Shown: piece by piece, positions 43,642 to 52,998 of the stretch
Numbering within the stretch: the first letter of the stretch is position 1
Layout: every line of letters starts with the position of its first letter
Translations under genes and position numbers: made by a program
DNA from: a virus
DNA length: 64,000 bases
Strand: one strand, 5' to 3'
Virus record (IMG/VR): IMGVR_UViG_3300030380_006185
Location: 64,001-128,000 of that record
The notes under the pieces: generated by a model
Database searches by the model: none
What the model was told of the DNA's origin: nothing
What the model saw: only the letters and a program-made list of their open reading frames with translations

Positions 43642-45416
43642 TATATTTCTGTTTTCATTAGTTTATTAATATGTCTATTTGCTGCTAAAGCTGATTCCTG
43701 AATGATTCTCCATCCACTTAATGTAATTGCTTCGCTCAATATTGCTTCATTCATCGCGTATCTAAATGTAGGTAAGGCAGTTGCACCATACAAACTATTC
43801 AGCAAAATTTTCATTGTATATTGCTTTAAATGAAACGAAGCACCTAATTCAGAATTACCTGATTTATATGCTTTTTTCATAGCATTTTTATATTTTACCC
43901 TTTCATCAAACCATTTATTCAAAATAATTGAAAGTACTGATTGTTTATCTGTTCTAAAAAATGTACCATTTGCAGAAACAGCCATTTCCATATCCTCAAT
44001 TAAGTTAATTAAATTACCTACTTCAATTTGAGTGCGTTTACCTTTAGCATTTTCAATAGTAAGTTCTTCTTGTGGGTCTTTTTTCTTTAAATCATTTAAA
44101 CCTAAATAGTTATTTCTAGAAGGGGAATAATATGTTGATTTTGTCTCCTTATCAGTAACCATATAAGGTCTATATTTTAGGTTTTCAGGTAAAGTTTGAC
44201 TTATAATTCTACCTACCATTGTTTCTTTACCTATATTTAAAGACATAATAATACAAGGATATAGTGAAGTTAAATCTTCATCAAACATATATTTGTATAC
44301 ACCTGCTTTAGGACAAAACAGATAACCACCTGCATATCCTTTTTTCTTTTTAGGGTTTGGTTCTTTTCTAGGTGGTATTATACCTTCAGATAATAGATAA
44401 GCTGAAATGGCTCCATCTTGTGTAACTGTATTGTGGTATACTTCTCCATAGTTGTGTTTTCCTTTATGGGATAAGTTTTTAGTTAATGCTAGATATTCTA
44501 ATTTTTTGTCTAATTCAACTAAAATTTCAACATCACGAAAGTTATATTCTATAAATGTTTCAATATCTTCTTCAAATAGTCTATCTAAAGAACCATTATA
44601 TTCTATTTTATTTAAACCAGCATACTTTTCACCTAATGCATCTAACTTCCAACTTGGTTCATCTTCCCAACTATATTTTTTATGTAAACGCATATAATCA
44701 AGTGACTCAACCCCCGCTATCTCTATTGGTTGGTTTGAATCATATATCTCATTTGTTTTAAAACTACGTTTTTCTTTTACTTTTAAAATAGGAGATAAAT
44801 ACTCAACCATTTCTTCACCTAGTACATTTTTAATTCTATAGTACAAGTAAGGAATATCAAAATAATCACTATTATAACCTACAAGGATATCTGGGTCTAG
44901 TTCTCTCATGTAAGTGAGGAATTTAGATAGTAATACTTCTTCATTGTAAACAGGGATTATTTCTTTATTCCCATTTACTGTTGGTTGGATTTGTTGTTTT
45001 GGATCAAGAATAATGATTTTCCATTCATCTTCTTGTTTAAAATACCAAGCAATTGAAGTAACCTTTTTAGGTGCAGATTGAATATATTCAGGAGTTAAAG
45101 CATCTCCCATTTCAATCTCAATATCAAAAAATATCTCTTTATGAGTAGTTGAAGGTTCATCATTAATTCCATACTTATCAATTAAGAAATTTTGATAAGG
45201 TGACATATCATGAAAATGAAGACCTGGTGTGTCTCTTTTCCATTTATATATCTTTTTTAATGGTTCACCATTTAGACCTTTGTACTTTGCTTCACTTTCA
45301 CTACATTCAACATAAGCAGGAGAGGACCATTCACTAGTTGAATAGCCCTCATCAGTCCATAGGTGGATTAAATATTTATTATAACTTTTATATTCAGCAA
45401 AACACTTTTTGTACAT
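43641..45416 (-). CDS. Family B DNA polymerase, N-terminal subunit (3'-5' exo, motifs A and B)
   Basis: FDIE, GYNSDYFD, YNFRD, YAGG, DLTSLYP, KILLNSLYG. Confidence 0.92.
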   Translation of the reverse strand: MYKKCFAEYKSYNKYLIHLWTDEGYSTSEWSSPAYVECSESEAKYKGLNGEPLKKIYKWKRDTPGLHFHDMSPYQNFLIDKYGINDEPSTTHKEIFFDIEIEMGDALTPEYIQSAPKKVTSIAWYFKQEDEWKIIILDPKQQIQPTVNGNKEIIPVYNEEVLLSKFLTYMRELDPDILVGYNSDYFDIPYLYYRIKNVLGEEMVEYLSPILKVKEKRSFKTNEIYDSNQPIEIAGVESLDYMRLHKKYSWEDEPSWKLDALGEKYAGLNKIEYNGSLDRLFEEDIETFIEYNFRDVEILVELDKKLEYLALTKNLSHKGKHNYGEVYHNTVTQDGAISAYLLSEGIIPPRKEPNPKKKKGYAGGYLFCPKAGVYKYMFDEDLTSLYPCIIMSLNIGKETMVGRIISQTLPENLKYRPYMVTDKETKSTYYSPSRNNYLGLNDLKKKDPQEELTIENAKGKRTQIEVGNLINLIEDMEMAVSANGTFFRTDKQSVLSIILNKWFDERVKYKNAMKKAYKSGNSELGASFHLKQYTMKILLNSLYGATALPTFRYAMNEAILSEAITLSGWRIIQESALAANRHINKLMKTEI

Positions 45417-45640
45417 ATTCTACTTACTTGAGGTAGATTTCTTTTTAGTAGTTGTTTTCTTTGTTGTTGATTTTGTATTTAAAGATGGTTCTTTAATCAA
45501 TTCAATTTCTTTATCTAAACTATCAACAATCCCTATTAAAGTACTATGTGGTATTCTAGATATTACAGTTCTTGGAATATTATTCAAATGTGTTCTTAAA
45601 CTATTTGATAGTTGTTTTAAATTTTCTTTATTCATTATTT

Positions 45641-46240
45641 TTATTTTTTTAAGTTTAAAAATTGTTTTAAATTTGGTCTAAAGTAGTTTATATTTTTCAT
45701 TACTTTTCTATCACGTGTTCTATAGACGATATAATAGTCTTCAACCTTTTCATAGTGACATGCTTCCTTTTGCTCTTCGGCACGTACTCTAACGGTCTCT
45801 TGTGCCTCTTCTTCACTAGAACAAGCTTTTGACATATTCGATGCTTGTACTTCTTGATACGCTGGCCATATTTGGTCTTTAAGACCATGTAACATAGTGC
45901 CGTTGCCCAGGGAAACGTAGGCAATGTCACATAAAGCATCAAGAACTTCAACAATGTTTCCTGTTTCACAGGCTTCTTTATATTCTTCGAGCTCTTCAAG
46001 GATGAAGTCATATACAAACTGCCATTCCTTTTTTTCTGGGATTGTAGGTTCATAGTTATTTGGTTTACCCATTGTGTGATTAAATTCTTCTACCTCACTT
46101 ACAAATGGTATATAATTTGGTTGTGGTTCTGGTTGTAAAGGATTTACTTCTTCTGTTAGTCTTTCATAGTACGGATTTAGTTCTCCGGTTTGGGGGTCGT
46201 GAGTAGGAATTAAATCTACTACATTTTTTCCTTTATTCAT
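45641..46240 (-). CDS. MazG-like / PRA-PH family nucleoside triphosphate pyrophosphohydrolase
   Basis: EELEEY...EVLDALCDIAYV, EVQASNMSK. Confidence 0.85.
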   Translation of the reverse strand: MNKGKNVVDLIPTHDPQTGELNPYYERLTEEVNPLQPEPQPNYIPFVSEVEEFNHTMGKPNNYEPTIPEKKEWQFVYDFILEELEEYKEACETGNIVEVLDALCDIAYVSLGNGTMLHGLKDQIWPAYQEVQASNMSKACSSEEEAQETVRVRAEEQKEACHYEKVEDYYIVYRTRDRKVMKNINYFRPNLKQFLNLKK

Positions 46241-46256
46241 AATTTTATATTTAGTT

Positions 46257-47342
46257 TTAAGAAATGTGAATTAAACTTGACCATAGCTCATGAGGTACAT
46301 CACTACTAAAGTTACTATCAGGAGCTAACATAACTGAAATAGCATCATGAGAATGGAGTGATTCTTGGTGTGAACATACCACTCTAAAATCTTTAATTCT
46401 TTTATCTTCTATTAATTGTTCATATAATAGTCTAGCAGCATCTTCAACAAATTTTAGATATGAACCATTTAGTTCTGCAAACGCCATTTCATCTTCTCGT
46501 TTAACCATTACTTGGGTTTCTGTTTGAAGTGCTTCAATACACATTTCTTGTAAGTCCTCAATCCAAACCATATCATCAAATTCTACAGATACTCTAGTTA
46601 CAGATCTTTGTGAATGGGATACTGTTGCTTTATTTCTATATTTTCTAGCAAACTCAGCTAATTCATAAGAGCAAGGACAAGCTGATGAGTATACAAAGTC
46701 AAAGTGAATAATTTTTCTTAGTTCACCTTGTTTATTTAAATCACCTTCTAAAGTAACATCATAATATTGATATCCAGCATTATCAGATCTTAGTGACTTT
46801 TGGATTATAGGGTATGAAAATTTAAGTGATATTTTAGAATCAAATGATTTCAATTTATCTTGGTAAGCAGACAAAACAGTTTCTAATTTATCTATACTAA
46901 AAGTATCATTTTTAAATTCATAAAATGATCTCATAATACGAGACATATTAATTCCTTTTTTATGAGCTTCAAGTGATACAGTTCCTGTTACTTTAGTTTC
47001 TAATTCTAAAATACCATTATCTCTTGTTTTATATTTTAAAGGTAATCTAAAGTTATGAATTCCAACTTGTTGAATCTCAACAGGAGAACCTTGAATAAGT
47101 GAAGAAGGGCCATTCTGTAAATCTGGGAATGTTTCAATATCTTCTTTAGTAGGGCTATAATCTACATCATATTCTCTATTAGGTTCATCATATTTAATTG
47201 AGTAATCATTTTCAGGGGGAGATTTATAAGATTTAACGTCTCCTACCCATTCATACTTTTTAATAAATTTCTTTTTTGTTTTGTTTTTTAACATATAATC
47301 TATTTTTAATGTAAATATAAAAAATTTTTTAGTTTTTTCCAA
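46257..47342 (-). CDS. folE2: GTP cyclohydrolase IB (true start probably slightly downstream)
   Basis: PDLQN, IQQVGI, KGINMSR, SACPCS, HSQRS, KREDE, FVEDAAR, ESLHSH. Confidence 0.93.
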   Translation of the reverse strand: MEKTKKFFIFTLKIDYMLKNKTKKKFIKKYEWVGDVKSYKSPPENDYSIKYDEPNREYDVDYSPTKEDIETFPDLQNGPSSLIQGSPVEIQQVGIHNFRLPLKYKTRDNGILELETKVTGTVSLEAHKKGINMSRIMRSFYEFKNDTFSIDKLETVLSAYQDKLKSFDSKISLKFSYPIIQKSLRSDNAGYQYYDVTLEGDLNKQGELRKIIHFDFVYSSACPCSYELAEFARKYRNKATVSHSQRSVTRVSVEFDDMVWIEDLQEMCIEALQTETQVMVKREDEMAFAELNGSYLKFVEDAARLLYEQLIEDKRIKDFRVVCSHQESLHSHDAISVMLAPDSNFSSDVPHELWSSLIHIS

Positions 47343-47757
47343 CCATTACTTTATAATCTTGTATAGGTTTTGAATCTTTATTTTCCCAAGGATAAACAAT
47401 CCAATCATTACTTTCAAATTTACAAGCATAGTAACGAGGTTCATACTTTGAAGTATGAGGTTTGTAATGGAGAACAGCAGTGTAATATTCATACAAATTT
47501 TGGAGAGTTTCTCCACTATCACAAATATCATCTACAAATAATGTTTCATTATGAGGATGTCTTTCAGATAAAGAATGATAAGGTATTCTCATTTTATGAG
47601 ATAACATAATAGCAGGAGTAAGCCCTCCTCTAGGTATTCCACATATATGAGTAAATTCTTTACCTGATTCTAAAATGTTTTTATGTAAGGTATCAACTAG
47701 TTCTTCTACCTCTTTCCAACTTATGTATATTTTTTTTATTTTATCTTTTTCCACCAT
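47329..47757 (-). CDS. Purine phosphoribosyltransferase (Gpt-like, type I PRT)
   Basis: GIPRGG, LFVDDICDSGET, WIVYPWE. Confidence 0.9.
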   Translation of the reverse strand: MVEKDKIKKIYISWKEVEELVDTLHKNILESGKEFTHICGIPRGGLTPAIMLSHKMRIPYHSLSERHPHNETLFVDDICDSGETLQNLYEYYTAVLHYKPHTSKYEPRYYACKFESNDWIVYPWENKDSKPIQDYKVMVGKN

Positions 47758-48124
47758 AATATTTTATTCCGTGACCTTCAGCTATTAATACTTCTTGTAA
47801 TGTAGGAGAAGGGGGTTCATGTTTAAGTGATTGATCTTTATAAAAATCTATTAATTGAATTTCTCCTAAACATCTACCAAATTTACCTACTCCAAAAGAT
47901 CTTAAAATAAACCTATTTTCATTTTTTTTCAAAATTTCTATAACTCTATTTTTTGCAGCTAAACCTTTTTTCTTTTCTTCTAAATCTCTTGTACGGGATT
48001 CAGGGGCATCCATACCATGTAATCTAATTCTTATTTTTTTAAAAGTACTAAACCCTAAATCTACCATAGCGTCAATAGTATCACCATCAACTACTTTTAT
48101 TACTGTTGCATTATACTCAAACAT
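47741..48124 (-). CDS. Thermonuclease (SNase-like)
   Basis: VVDGDT, IRLHGMDAPE, KFGRCLG. Confidence 0.9.
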   Translation of the reverse strand: MFEYNATVIKVVDGDTIDAMVDLGFSTFKKIRIRLHGMDAPESRTRDLEEKKKGLAAKNRVIEILKKNENRFILRSFGVGKFGRCLGEIQLIDFYKDQSLKHEPPSPTLQEVLIAEGHGIKYYGGKR

Positions 48125-48135
48125 GCCTTATATTT

Positions 48136-48921
48136 TTACACTCCTCTTTCTGTGTCAAATGCTATTATATGGTCTCTACCTGTTAAATTATAGCCATATT
48201 CAGCACATAAATCAAATACTAAAGGATACATTTTAATTAATTCTTTTCTTGTATCACCCGCAGGCATTATAAATGTTTTATGTTTTGGTATTTCCATTTT
48301 AATTCTAAAGTCCTCTATTTCTTTTAAACACTCATCAGTACCATCCCAAACTGGTTTATAATGATAATCAGTGTGGTAGTCTAATGTTTTTCTAATAGCA
48401 CTATAATTTAGTCTTAATTTATTATGTTGCTTAATCATTCTTTCATCTGTTTCTTTTCCATTAGGTGTTAAAGCACCTAATTTAGGAACAGAATTAGAAA
48501 ATTTAGGAGATAGAGAAATCAAACCTAATGGAAAATCAGTTTTAAGAAAATGAGAACCTTCAGTTTCAATAGTAATAAGAATGCCTCTTTGATTTGCAAA
48601 ATGAGTTAACTCATTTACTAATTTAGGATGCATTGTAGGAGAACCACCTGTTAACATCATTTCTTTTACATGGGGGTTTTCATCATATATTTTAATAATA
48701 TCATTAAAATTAAATGTTCCTTTTTCTGGGTGGATGCTTGTGTACCAAGAATCACACCACCCTCCTTCTTCTCCAAAGTAACACCTGTGAGTGCACCCAG
48801 TTGTTCTAACTGCAATGGTAGGTCTTCCAAATCGGCTACCTTCAGATTGAACACACCTATATAATTCTAGTATAGGTAATCTTTTATCAAAATCTTTTAT
48901 TCTTCCTAATGGTTTTTCCAT
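48136..48921 (-). CDS. queE: 7-carboxy-7-deazaguanine synthase (radical SAM)
   Basis: VQSEG...VRTTGC-x3-C...WCDS, LTGGSP, IETEG, LSPK. Confidence 0.92.
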   Translation of the reverse strand: MEKPLGRIKDFDKRLPILELYRCVQSEGSRFGRPTIAVRTTGCTHRCYFGEEGGWCDSWYTSIHPEKGTFNFNDIIKIYDENPHVKEMMLTGGSPTMHPKLVNELTHFANQRGILITIETEGSHFLKTDFPLGLISLSPKFSNSVPKLGALTPNGKETDERMIKQHNKLRLNYSAIRKTLDYHTDYHYKPVWDGTDECLKEIEDFRIKMEIPKHKTFIMPAGDTRKELIKMYPLVFDLCAEYGYNLTGRDHIIAFDTERGV

Positions 48922-48983
48922 ACTATTTTATTAAAATATATTTAATTTTTATGTTGTTATAAGTAACTGTTGATATCCAATAA

Positions 48984-49445
48984 TTATTCTCCATAAATTG
49001 CTGTATTTTTTCCATGTTCCATAAATTCAACTTGTACTACTCTTACTCGTCCATCTGTTTCTTCCTCAACAAACATATTAAGTTTATTGTAGATATACTC
49101 AGCAAATTTTTCTGCACCAGTAGCATCTATTACTCTTAATTGGATTAAATTTTGTGCATCCATCATTCTAAATGAATCCAATTCGGGGTCGTCGTTTGCA
49201 GCAATTAATGTGTGATCAAACATGTAATCCATCCAGTCTTTAGGGGACATACCATCTATTTGGGTTTTAGCTCGTTTCATTCCTCCAAAGTCCCAAACCC
49301 AATTTCTATGGTCAAGTAACCCTTCAAAAGTTACTTTAAATGATACTCCATACCCATGTAAATAACTACAATGTGTTTCTTTTGCTCTCCATTGACGGAA
49401 TACTGTACTAAATCCGTCAAATATTTTAGTTGATTGATGTTTCAT
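48984..49445 (-). CDS. queD: 6-carboxy-5,6,7,8-tetrahydropterin synthase
   Basis: HCSYLHGY, WDFG, FDHT, GAEKFA. Confidence 0.9.
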   Translation of the reverse strand: MKHQSTKIFDGFSTVFRQWRAKETHCSYLHGYGVSFKVTFEGLLDHRNWVWDFGGMKRAKTQIDGMSPKDWMDYMFDHTLIAANDDPELDSFRMMDAQNLIQLRVIDATGAEKFAEYIYNKLNMFVEEETDGRVRVVQVEFMEHGKNTAIYGE

Positions 49446-50311
49446 TATTTTATATTTAATTGTTCTTTTTCATACTCTGAAAGTACTTGTTCAACATATA
49501 TTCTTGCTGTTTCCCATTTTACAGGGCCTGTTTCATCAGCATATCTTACAGGATCAGGTCTTCCCAATTTAATAAATGCTTCTACTCGTTCAACTGAACT
49601 AGCTGATTTGTAATCTGAAAACCAATTATCACCTGAAGTAGATATAATTTGGATTGGTTTGTAACTTGTATTTGTACGAGAATAAACTTCATCAAAATCA
49701 AAACCTAAATATTTACATAGTTTTTCTCCATCTTGTAAGATAGTAAATTTATCACCTTCAAGATAAGGTGTAAAGTAACCTACTTTATCAGCATCCCAAT
49801 TGCCTATTCTAAAAGCTGCATCGTCTGCATCTCTAAACTCTTGTCTGCAATCTGGGTAAATAGCATGATCACCTGCATGGATACCAAGTGCAATATCACA
49901 ACCTTCACCTGTTTGGTTTGCTCTAGATAATGCTACTGCTTGTGTAATAGAGGCAAATATTTTATTTCTATTAGGTACAACAGTTGCTTTCATATTATCT
50001 TCAGCATAATGACCTTCGGGTACTTCATCTCCACCATCCACTAAAGCAGAATCAAGTAAATCAACTAAACCATCTAGCTTAATTACTCTATATTTAACAC
50101 CAGGATGTGAATCCCCATGTACTCCAATATTAATCATTACCTCATTATTAATATAATCTACTAATGATTGAGCGCGTTCTAACTCAACTCTATGTTTTTG
50201 TCCATAATCAAATGAAATAGCTGTTACCGTGTCATATTCTTTAAGACAACGTAACAACAATGTACTGGAATCCATTCCTCCAGATAGGGAAACTACAACA
50301 TGTTTTTCCAT
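49445..50311 (-). CDS. queC: 7-cyano-7-deazaguanine synthase
   Basis: SGGMDS, FDYGQKH, VPNRN, YPDCR. Confidence 0.93.
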   Translation of the reverse strand: MEKHVVVSLSGGMDSSTLLLRCLKEYDTVTAISFDYGQKHRVELERAQSLVDYINNEVMINIGVHGDSHPGVKYRVIKLDGLVDLLDSALVDGGDEVPEGHYAEDNMKATVVPNRNKIFASITQAVALSRANQTGEGCDIALGIHAGDHAIYPDCRQEFRDADDAAFRIGNWDADKVGYFTPYLEGDKFTILQDGEKLCKYLGFDFDEVYSRTNTSYKPIQIISTSGDNWFSDYKSASSVERVEAFIKLGRPDPVRYADETGPVKWETARIYVEQVLSEYEKEQLNIK

Positions 50312-50478
50312 AATTCTTCGTTATTTAAATGTTTAAATTCTTCTATTGTTAATCCTTTCATTAACATAAATGCTTCAAAATCTATGTCTAATAAACGATA
50401 ATAATCATACCAATTTTCTTTCCATTCTTCACGGAATTTTTCAAATTCAATTTTTTTATTTAAATCTTTTTCAGTCAT
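50293..50478 (-). CDS. Hypothetical protein upstream of queC
   Basis: MTEKDLNKK...; ATGA-coupled start. Confidence 0.6.
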   Translation of the reverse strand: MTEKDLNKKIEFEKFREEWKENWYDYYRLLDIDFEAFMLMKGLTIEEFKHLNNEELWKNML

Positions 50479-50567
50479 TCTATCATCATTATTAATATCA
50501 TTATTATGGAAAAGATTACTATACCTAACCATGCTTCAAAACAACCTGTATTTTCTTCTTTACTCAT
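50475..50567 (-). CDS. Micro-ORF, 30 aa, single TM, started by the last junction repeat
   Basis: MSKEENTGCFEAWLGIVIFSIIMILIMMIE*. Confidence 0.6.
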   Translation of the reverse strand: MSKEENTGCFEAWLGIVIFSIIMILIMMIE

Positions 50568-50730
50568 CTTCTATGTTTTTTATTTTTTTAATAATAAACT
50601 CAGATGATATAAGTTCTCTTACCCATCCTTCAATACCATTAAACCCATTTTTAATAATGTCATTACATATATTTTTAGTATAGTTAATAACTAATTCTTC
50701 AAATTCTTTTCTTGAAATTTCTTTACTCAT
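50560..50730 (-). CDS. Cassette micro-ORF, 56 aa
   Basis: MSKEISRKEF...KNIEDE*. Confidence 0.65.
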   Translation of the reverse strand: MSKEISRKEFEELVINYTKNICNDIIKNGFNGIEGWVRELISSEFIIKKIKNIEDE

Positions 50731-50742
50731 TTTTGTTTTGGT

Positions 50743-51039
50743 TTATACAATTTGTGCAATCAATTCATCCTTATTAGTAAAGACATCTTCTTGACTATAC
50801 CAATCGTATGAACTTTGGGTACTTTTTGTATGTGGATGTATGAAATCTCTTTTTGTTTCTATAAGATAATCTATTTCAATACCCGACATTTCAGTAAAAG
50901 TTCCATCTAAATTACCCTTAGTATAAGGTTGTTGTTCGGTAACTCTAATCTTGTCTATCCTATTTTTACTTATCTTTTTATCTCTTAATACATAGACATC
51001 TTGCCCTACTTCATACTTTACATTATATTGTTTACTCAT
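50743..51039 (-). CDS. Cassette ORF, 98 aa
   Basis: MSKQYNVKYEVGQDVY. Confidence 0.75.
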   Translation of the reverse strand: MSKQYNVKYEVGQDVYVLRDKKISKNRIDKIRVTEQQPYTKGNLDGTFTEMSGIEIDYLIETKRDFIHPHTKSTQSSYDWYSQEDVFTNKDELIAQIV

Positions 51040-51233
51040 CTTTGTTTTGGTTTTAAGTATTCTTCAATATCTCTTGACATCTCATCAAAGGTTATCCCTT
51101 GTGTGTCTGCCATATCTTGAATCTGTTTATCAGTAAGTACTAAAAAGTTAGCCTTAGGTTTTCTGTTCTTATGAATTTCATTAGCTTCCTTTAGTAACTT
51201 ACTGACTAATTTCTTATCTTCTTCTTTACTCAT
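51036..51233 (-). CDS. Cassette ORF, 65 aa
   Basis: MSKEE...KPKQR*. Confidence 0.7.
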   Translation of the reverse strand: MSKEEDKKLVSKLLKEANEIHKNRKPKANFLVLTDKQIQDMADTQGITFDEMSRDIEEYLKPKQR

Positions 51234-51487
51234 CTTTGTTTTGGTTTATTTATAAGTAACTTTGTTAATTCTTCTTCAACATCAGGATGATAATATACAT
51301 CAAGTCCATTCCACCAACTAACAAAAGATTCTTCACCCATTCGTTTCTTTAATTGTTTCTTCTTCTTTCTGGGTAATCTACCGTACCATTCTTTATTATT
51401 TTCACAAACTTTCCATTCATGTTGTAATGGTATCACCTCACCCTTAACCTCAATGGTTTCTAACTGTATGTTAATCTCTTTACTCAT
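51230..51487 (-). CDS. Cassette ORF, 85 aa
   Basis: MSKEI...KPKQR*. Confidence 0.7.
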   Translation of the reverse strand: MSKEINIQLETIEVKGEVIPLQHEWKVCENNKEWYGRLPRKKKKQLKKRMGEESFVSWWNGLDVYYHPDVEEELTKLLINKPKQR

Positions 51488-51632
51488 CTTTGTTTTGGTT
51501 TAAGTATTCTTGAAAATTTATTGTTCTATCAACTTCTTTTAGTGTTTCTTCCACCACCATTTTTAGTGTTTCATCTTCAGATTCAACCACCCATCCCTTT
51601 TTATGAACCCATTTGTAATTTACTTCTTTCAT
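51480..51632 (-). CDS. Cassette micro-ORF, 50 aa
   Basis: MKEVNYKW...LNQNKDE*. Confidence 0.65.
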   Translation of the reverse strand: MKEVNYKWVHKKGWVVESEDETLKMVVEETLKEVDRTINFQEYLNQNKDE

Positions 51633-51790
51633 CTTTGTTTTGGTTTAAGTGTTCTGATAGATTTAGGGATATAGGGTAATATTTTAACCTTACCGCCATA
51701 CTCTTCTTTAATGGACTTTATTATAGTTTCTTTCATTTCTTTAGTATACGAACTAAAATCTTCTGGTGTATGTACTGTTATTTTACTCAT
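51629..51790 (-). CDS. Cassette micro-ORF, 53 aa
   Basis: MSKITVHTPE...LKPKQR*. Confidence 0.65.
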   Translation of the reverse strand: MSKITVHTPEDFSSYTKEMKETIIKSIKEEYGGKVKILPYIPKSIRTLKPKQR

Positions 51791-51802
51791 CTTTGTTTGG
51801 GT

Positions 51803-51931
51803 TTATCTAGTTTCATAATAACCTTTGCCTTTGTAATTCACATTTTTGTCTTTTCCAATGTAAAACAAGAACCATATAATGGTAATAATAAAAACCAATT
51901 TAAGTATTAATCCAATATCAATTCTTCTCAT
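51803..51931 (-). CDS. Cassette micro-ORF, 42 aa, single TM
   Basis: MRRIDIGLILKLVFIITIIWFLFY...ETR*. Confidence 0.6.
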   Translation of the reverse strand: MRRIDIGLILKLVFIITIIWFLFYIGKDKNVNYKGKGYYETR

Positions 51932-52124
51932 CTTTGTTTTGGTTTTTAATATTCAACACCCATTCCAGTAAATCAACCATACTACATTGTGTTTCGAATT
52001 GATGATGTTTTTCAGATATGCCCCACAAACCCCCATTTGGTGGATTATTTAAGAAATGAGATAATTCATCTTTATGTTTATTCATTTCTATTAATTTTTC
52101 ATATATTTCTTCTCTACTTCTCAT
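51918..52124 (-). CDS. Cassette ORF, 68 aa
   Basis: MRSREEI...NQNKDEKN*. Confidence 0.7.
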   Translation of the reverse strand: MRSREEIYEKLIEMNKHKDELSHFLNNPPNGGLWGISEKHHQFETQCSMVDLLEWVLNIKNQNKDEKN

Positions 52125-52366
52125 CTTCTTTGTTTTTGTTTAGTATCAATAATATGCTCACCATCACCTAGATGTAATGTTTCCATATGGATTTTAGCTG
52201 AATAAAGGTAATCCTTTTTCCATCCAAAAATATCATCGGTCTGATAACCGTTTCCCATCAAGTATCTTTCAGCATGTAGTTTAGTTTCAAAATACATATA
52301 AGACTTAGTATTATACTTACCATCATATTGATTGAAGTTTATAATTGCTATTGTTTTGTTACTCAT
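52121..52366 (-). CDS. Cassette ORF, 81 aa
   Basis: MSNKT...KQKQRR*. Confidence 0.7.
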   Translation of the reverse strand: MSNKTIAIINFNQYDGKYNTKSYMYFETKLHAERYLMGNGYQTDDIFGWKKDYLYSAKIHMETLHLGDGEHIIDTKQKQRR

Positions 52367-52378
52367 CTTTGTTTTAGT

Positions 52379-52495
52379 TTATAATTTAGTTATTGAATAT
52401 AATAAAATACTTATGACAATTCCTATAAAAATACCAATAGTAATTCCTTTTGATAAAGCCCAGTTCATATCTCTAACGTAATCTTCGTGTCTCAT
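52379..52495 (-). CDS. Cassette micro-ORF, 38 aa, single TM
   Basis: MRHEDYVRDMNWALSKGITIGIFIGIVISILLYSITKL*. Confidence 0.6.
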   Translation of the reverse strand: MRHEDYVRDMNWALSKGITIGIFIGIVISILLYSITKL

Positions 52496-52998
52496 CTTCT
52501 TTGTTTTGGTGGTCTACCTCTTCTTTCTATTGATCTACCAGAGCGATCAAATGTTTTTAAACAATACATATAAAATTCTTCTGTTGTACCATCAAAATTT
52601 ATAATATGCTCTTCATACTCATCTTTTGTCATAACAAATTCTCGTAAAAAACCTTTTTGTAGTGCTTCTAATTTAGCAGTTTCATCTTTTTCAAAATCTT
52701 CAATTAATCGTTTTCTTCGAGCTAAATCGACTTGGTTTGATTCAATTAATCTTTGATGATCATTACCATAAGATTTAAATACTTCATTAAGTTCTATCTC
52801 AGTTAATTTCCACTGCCAGTAATAATGTGAAAATTCATATTCACCGTTTTTAATACGATCTAAAAATGTTGATTTTTTTGGTAATGGTGGGGTTTTTGTT
52901 GTATATCGTCTCCACCAAAAGAATTGATTATAATTTAAGGGTTGTAACTGTTTTATTTTTTGTTTTACAGTTTTTTCATCAGACGTATTGTATAACAT
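52492..52998 (-). CDS. Hypothetical protein heading the cassette array
   Basis: 168 aa, ends RRGRPPKQRR* in the first junction repeat. Confidence 0.75.
   Translation of the reverse strand: MLYNTSDEKTVKQKIKQLQPLNYNQFFWWRRYTTKTPPLPKKSTFLDRIKNGEYEFSHYYWQWKLTEIELNEVFKSYGNDHQRLIESNQVDLARRKRLIEDFEKDETAKLEALQKGFLREFVMTKDEYEEHIINFDGTTEEFYMYCLKTFDRSGRSIERRGRPPKQRR

Larger units (their letters stand above)
50560..52510 (-). repeat. Array of 11 junction repeats (minus consensus AAACCAAAACAAAGATGAGTAAA) separating micro-ORF cassettes
   Basis: Exact 23-mers at 51031,51225,51479; 1-mismatch at 50722,51782; more diverged at ~50560,51629,51927,52120,52361,52491. Confidence 0.9.

Noticed and set aside
50560-52510. 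CRISPR array
   Set aside because: Intervals are 130-310 bp, variable in length and each is a full ORF; the repeat is non-palindromic; the only Cas-like gene is a distant Cas4-like exonuclease
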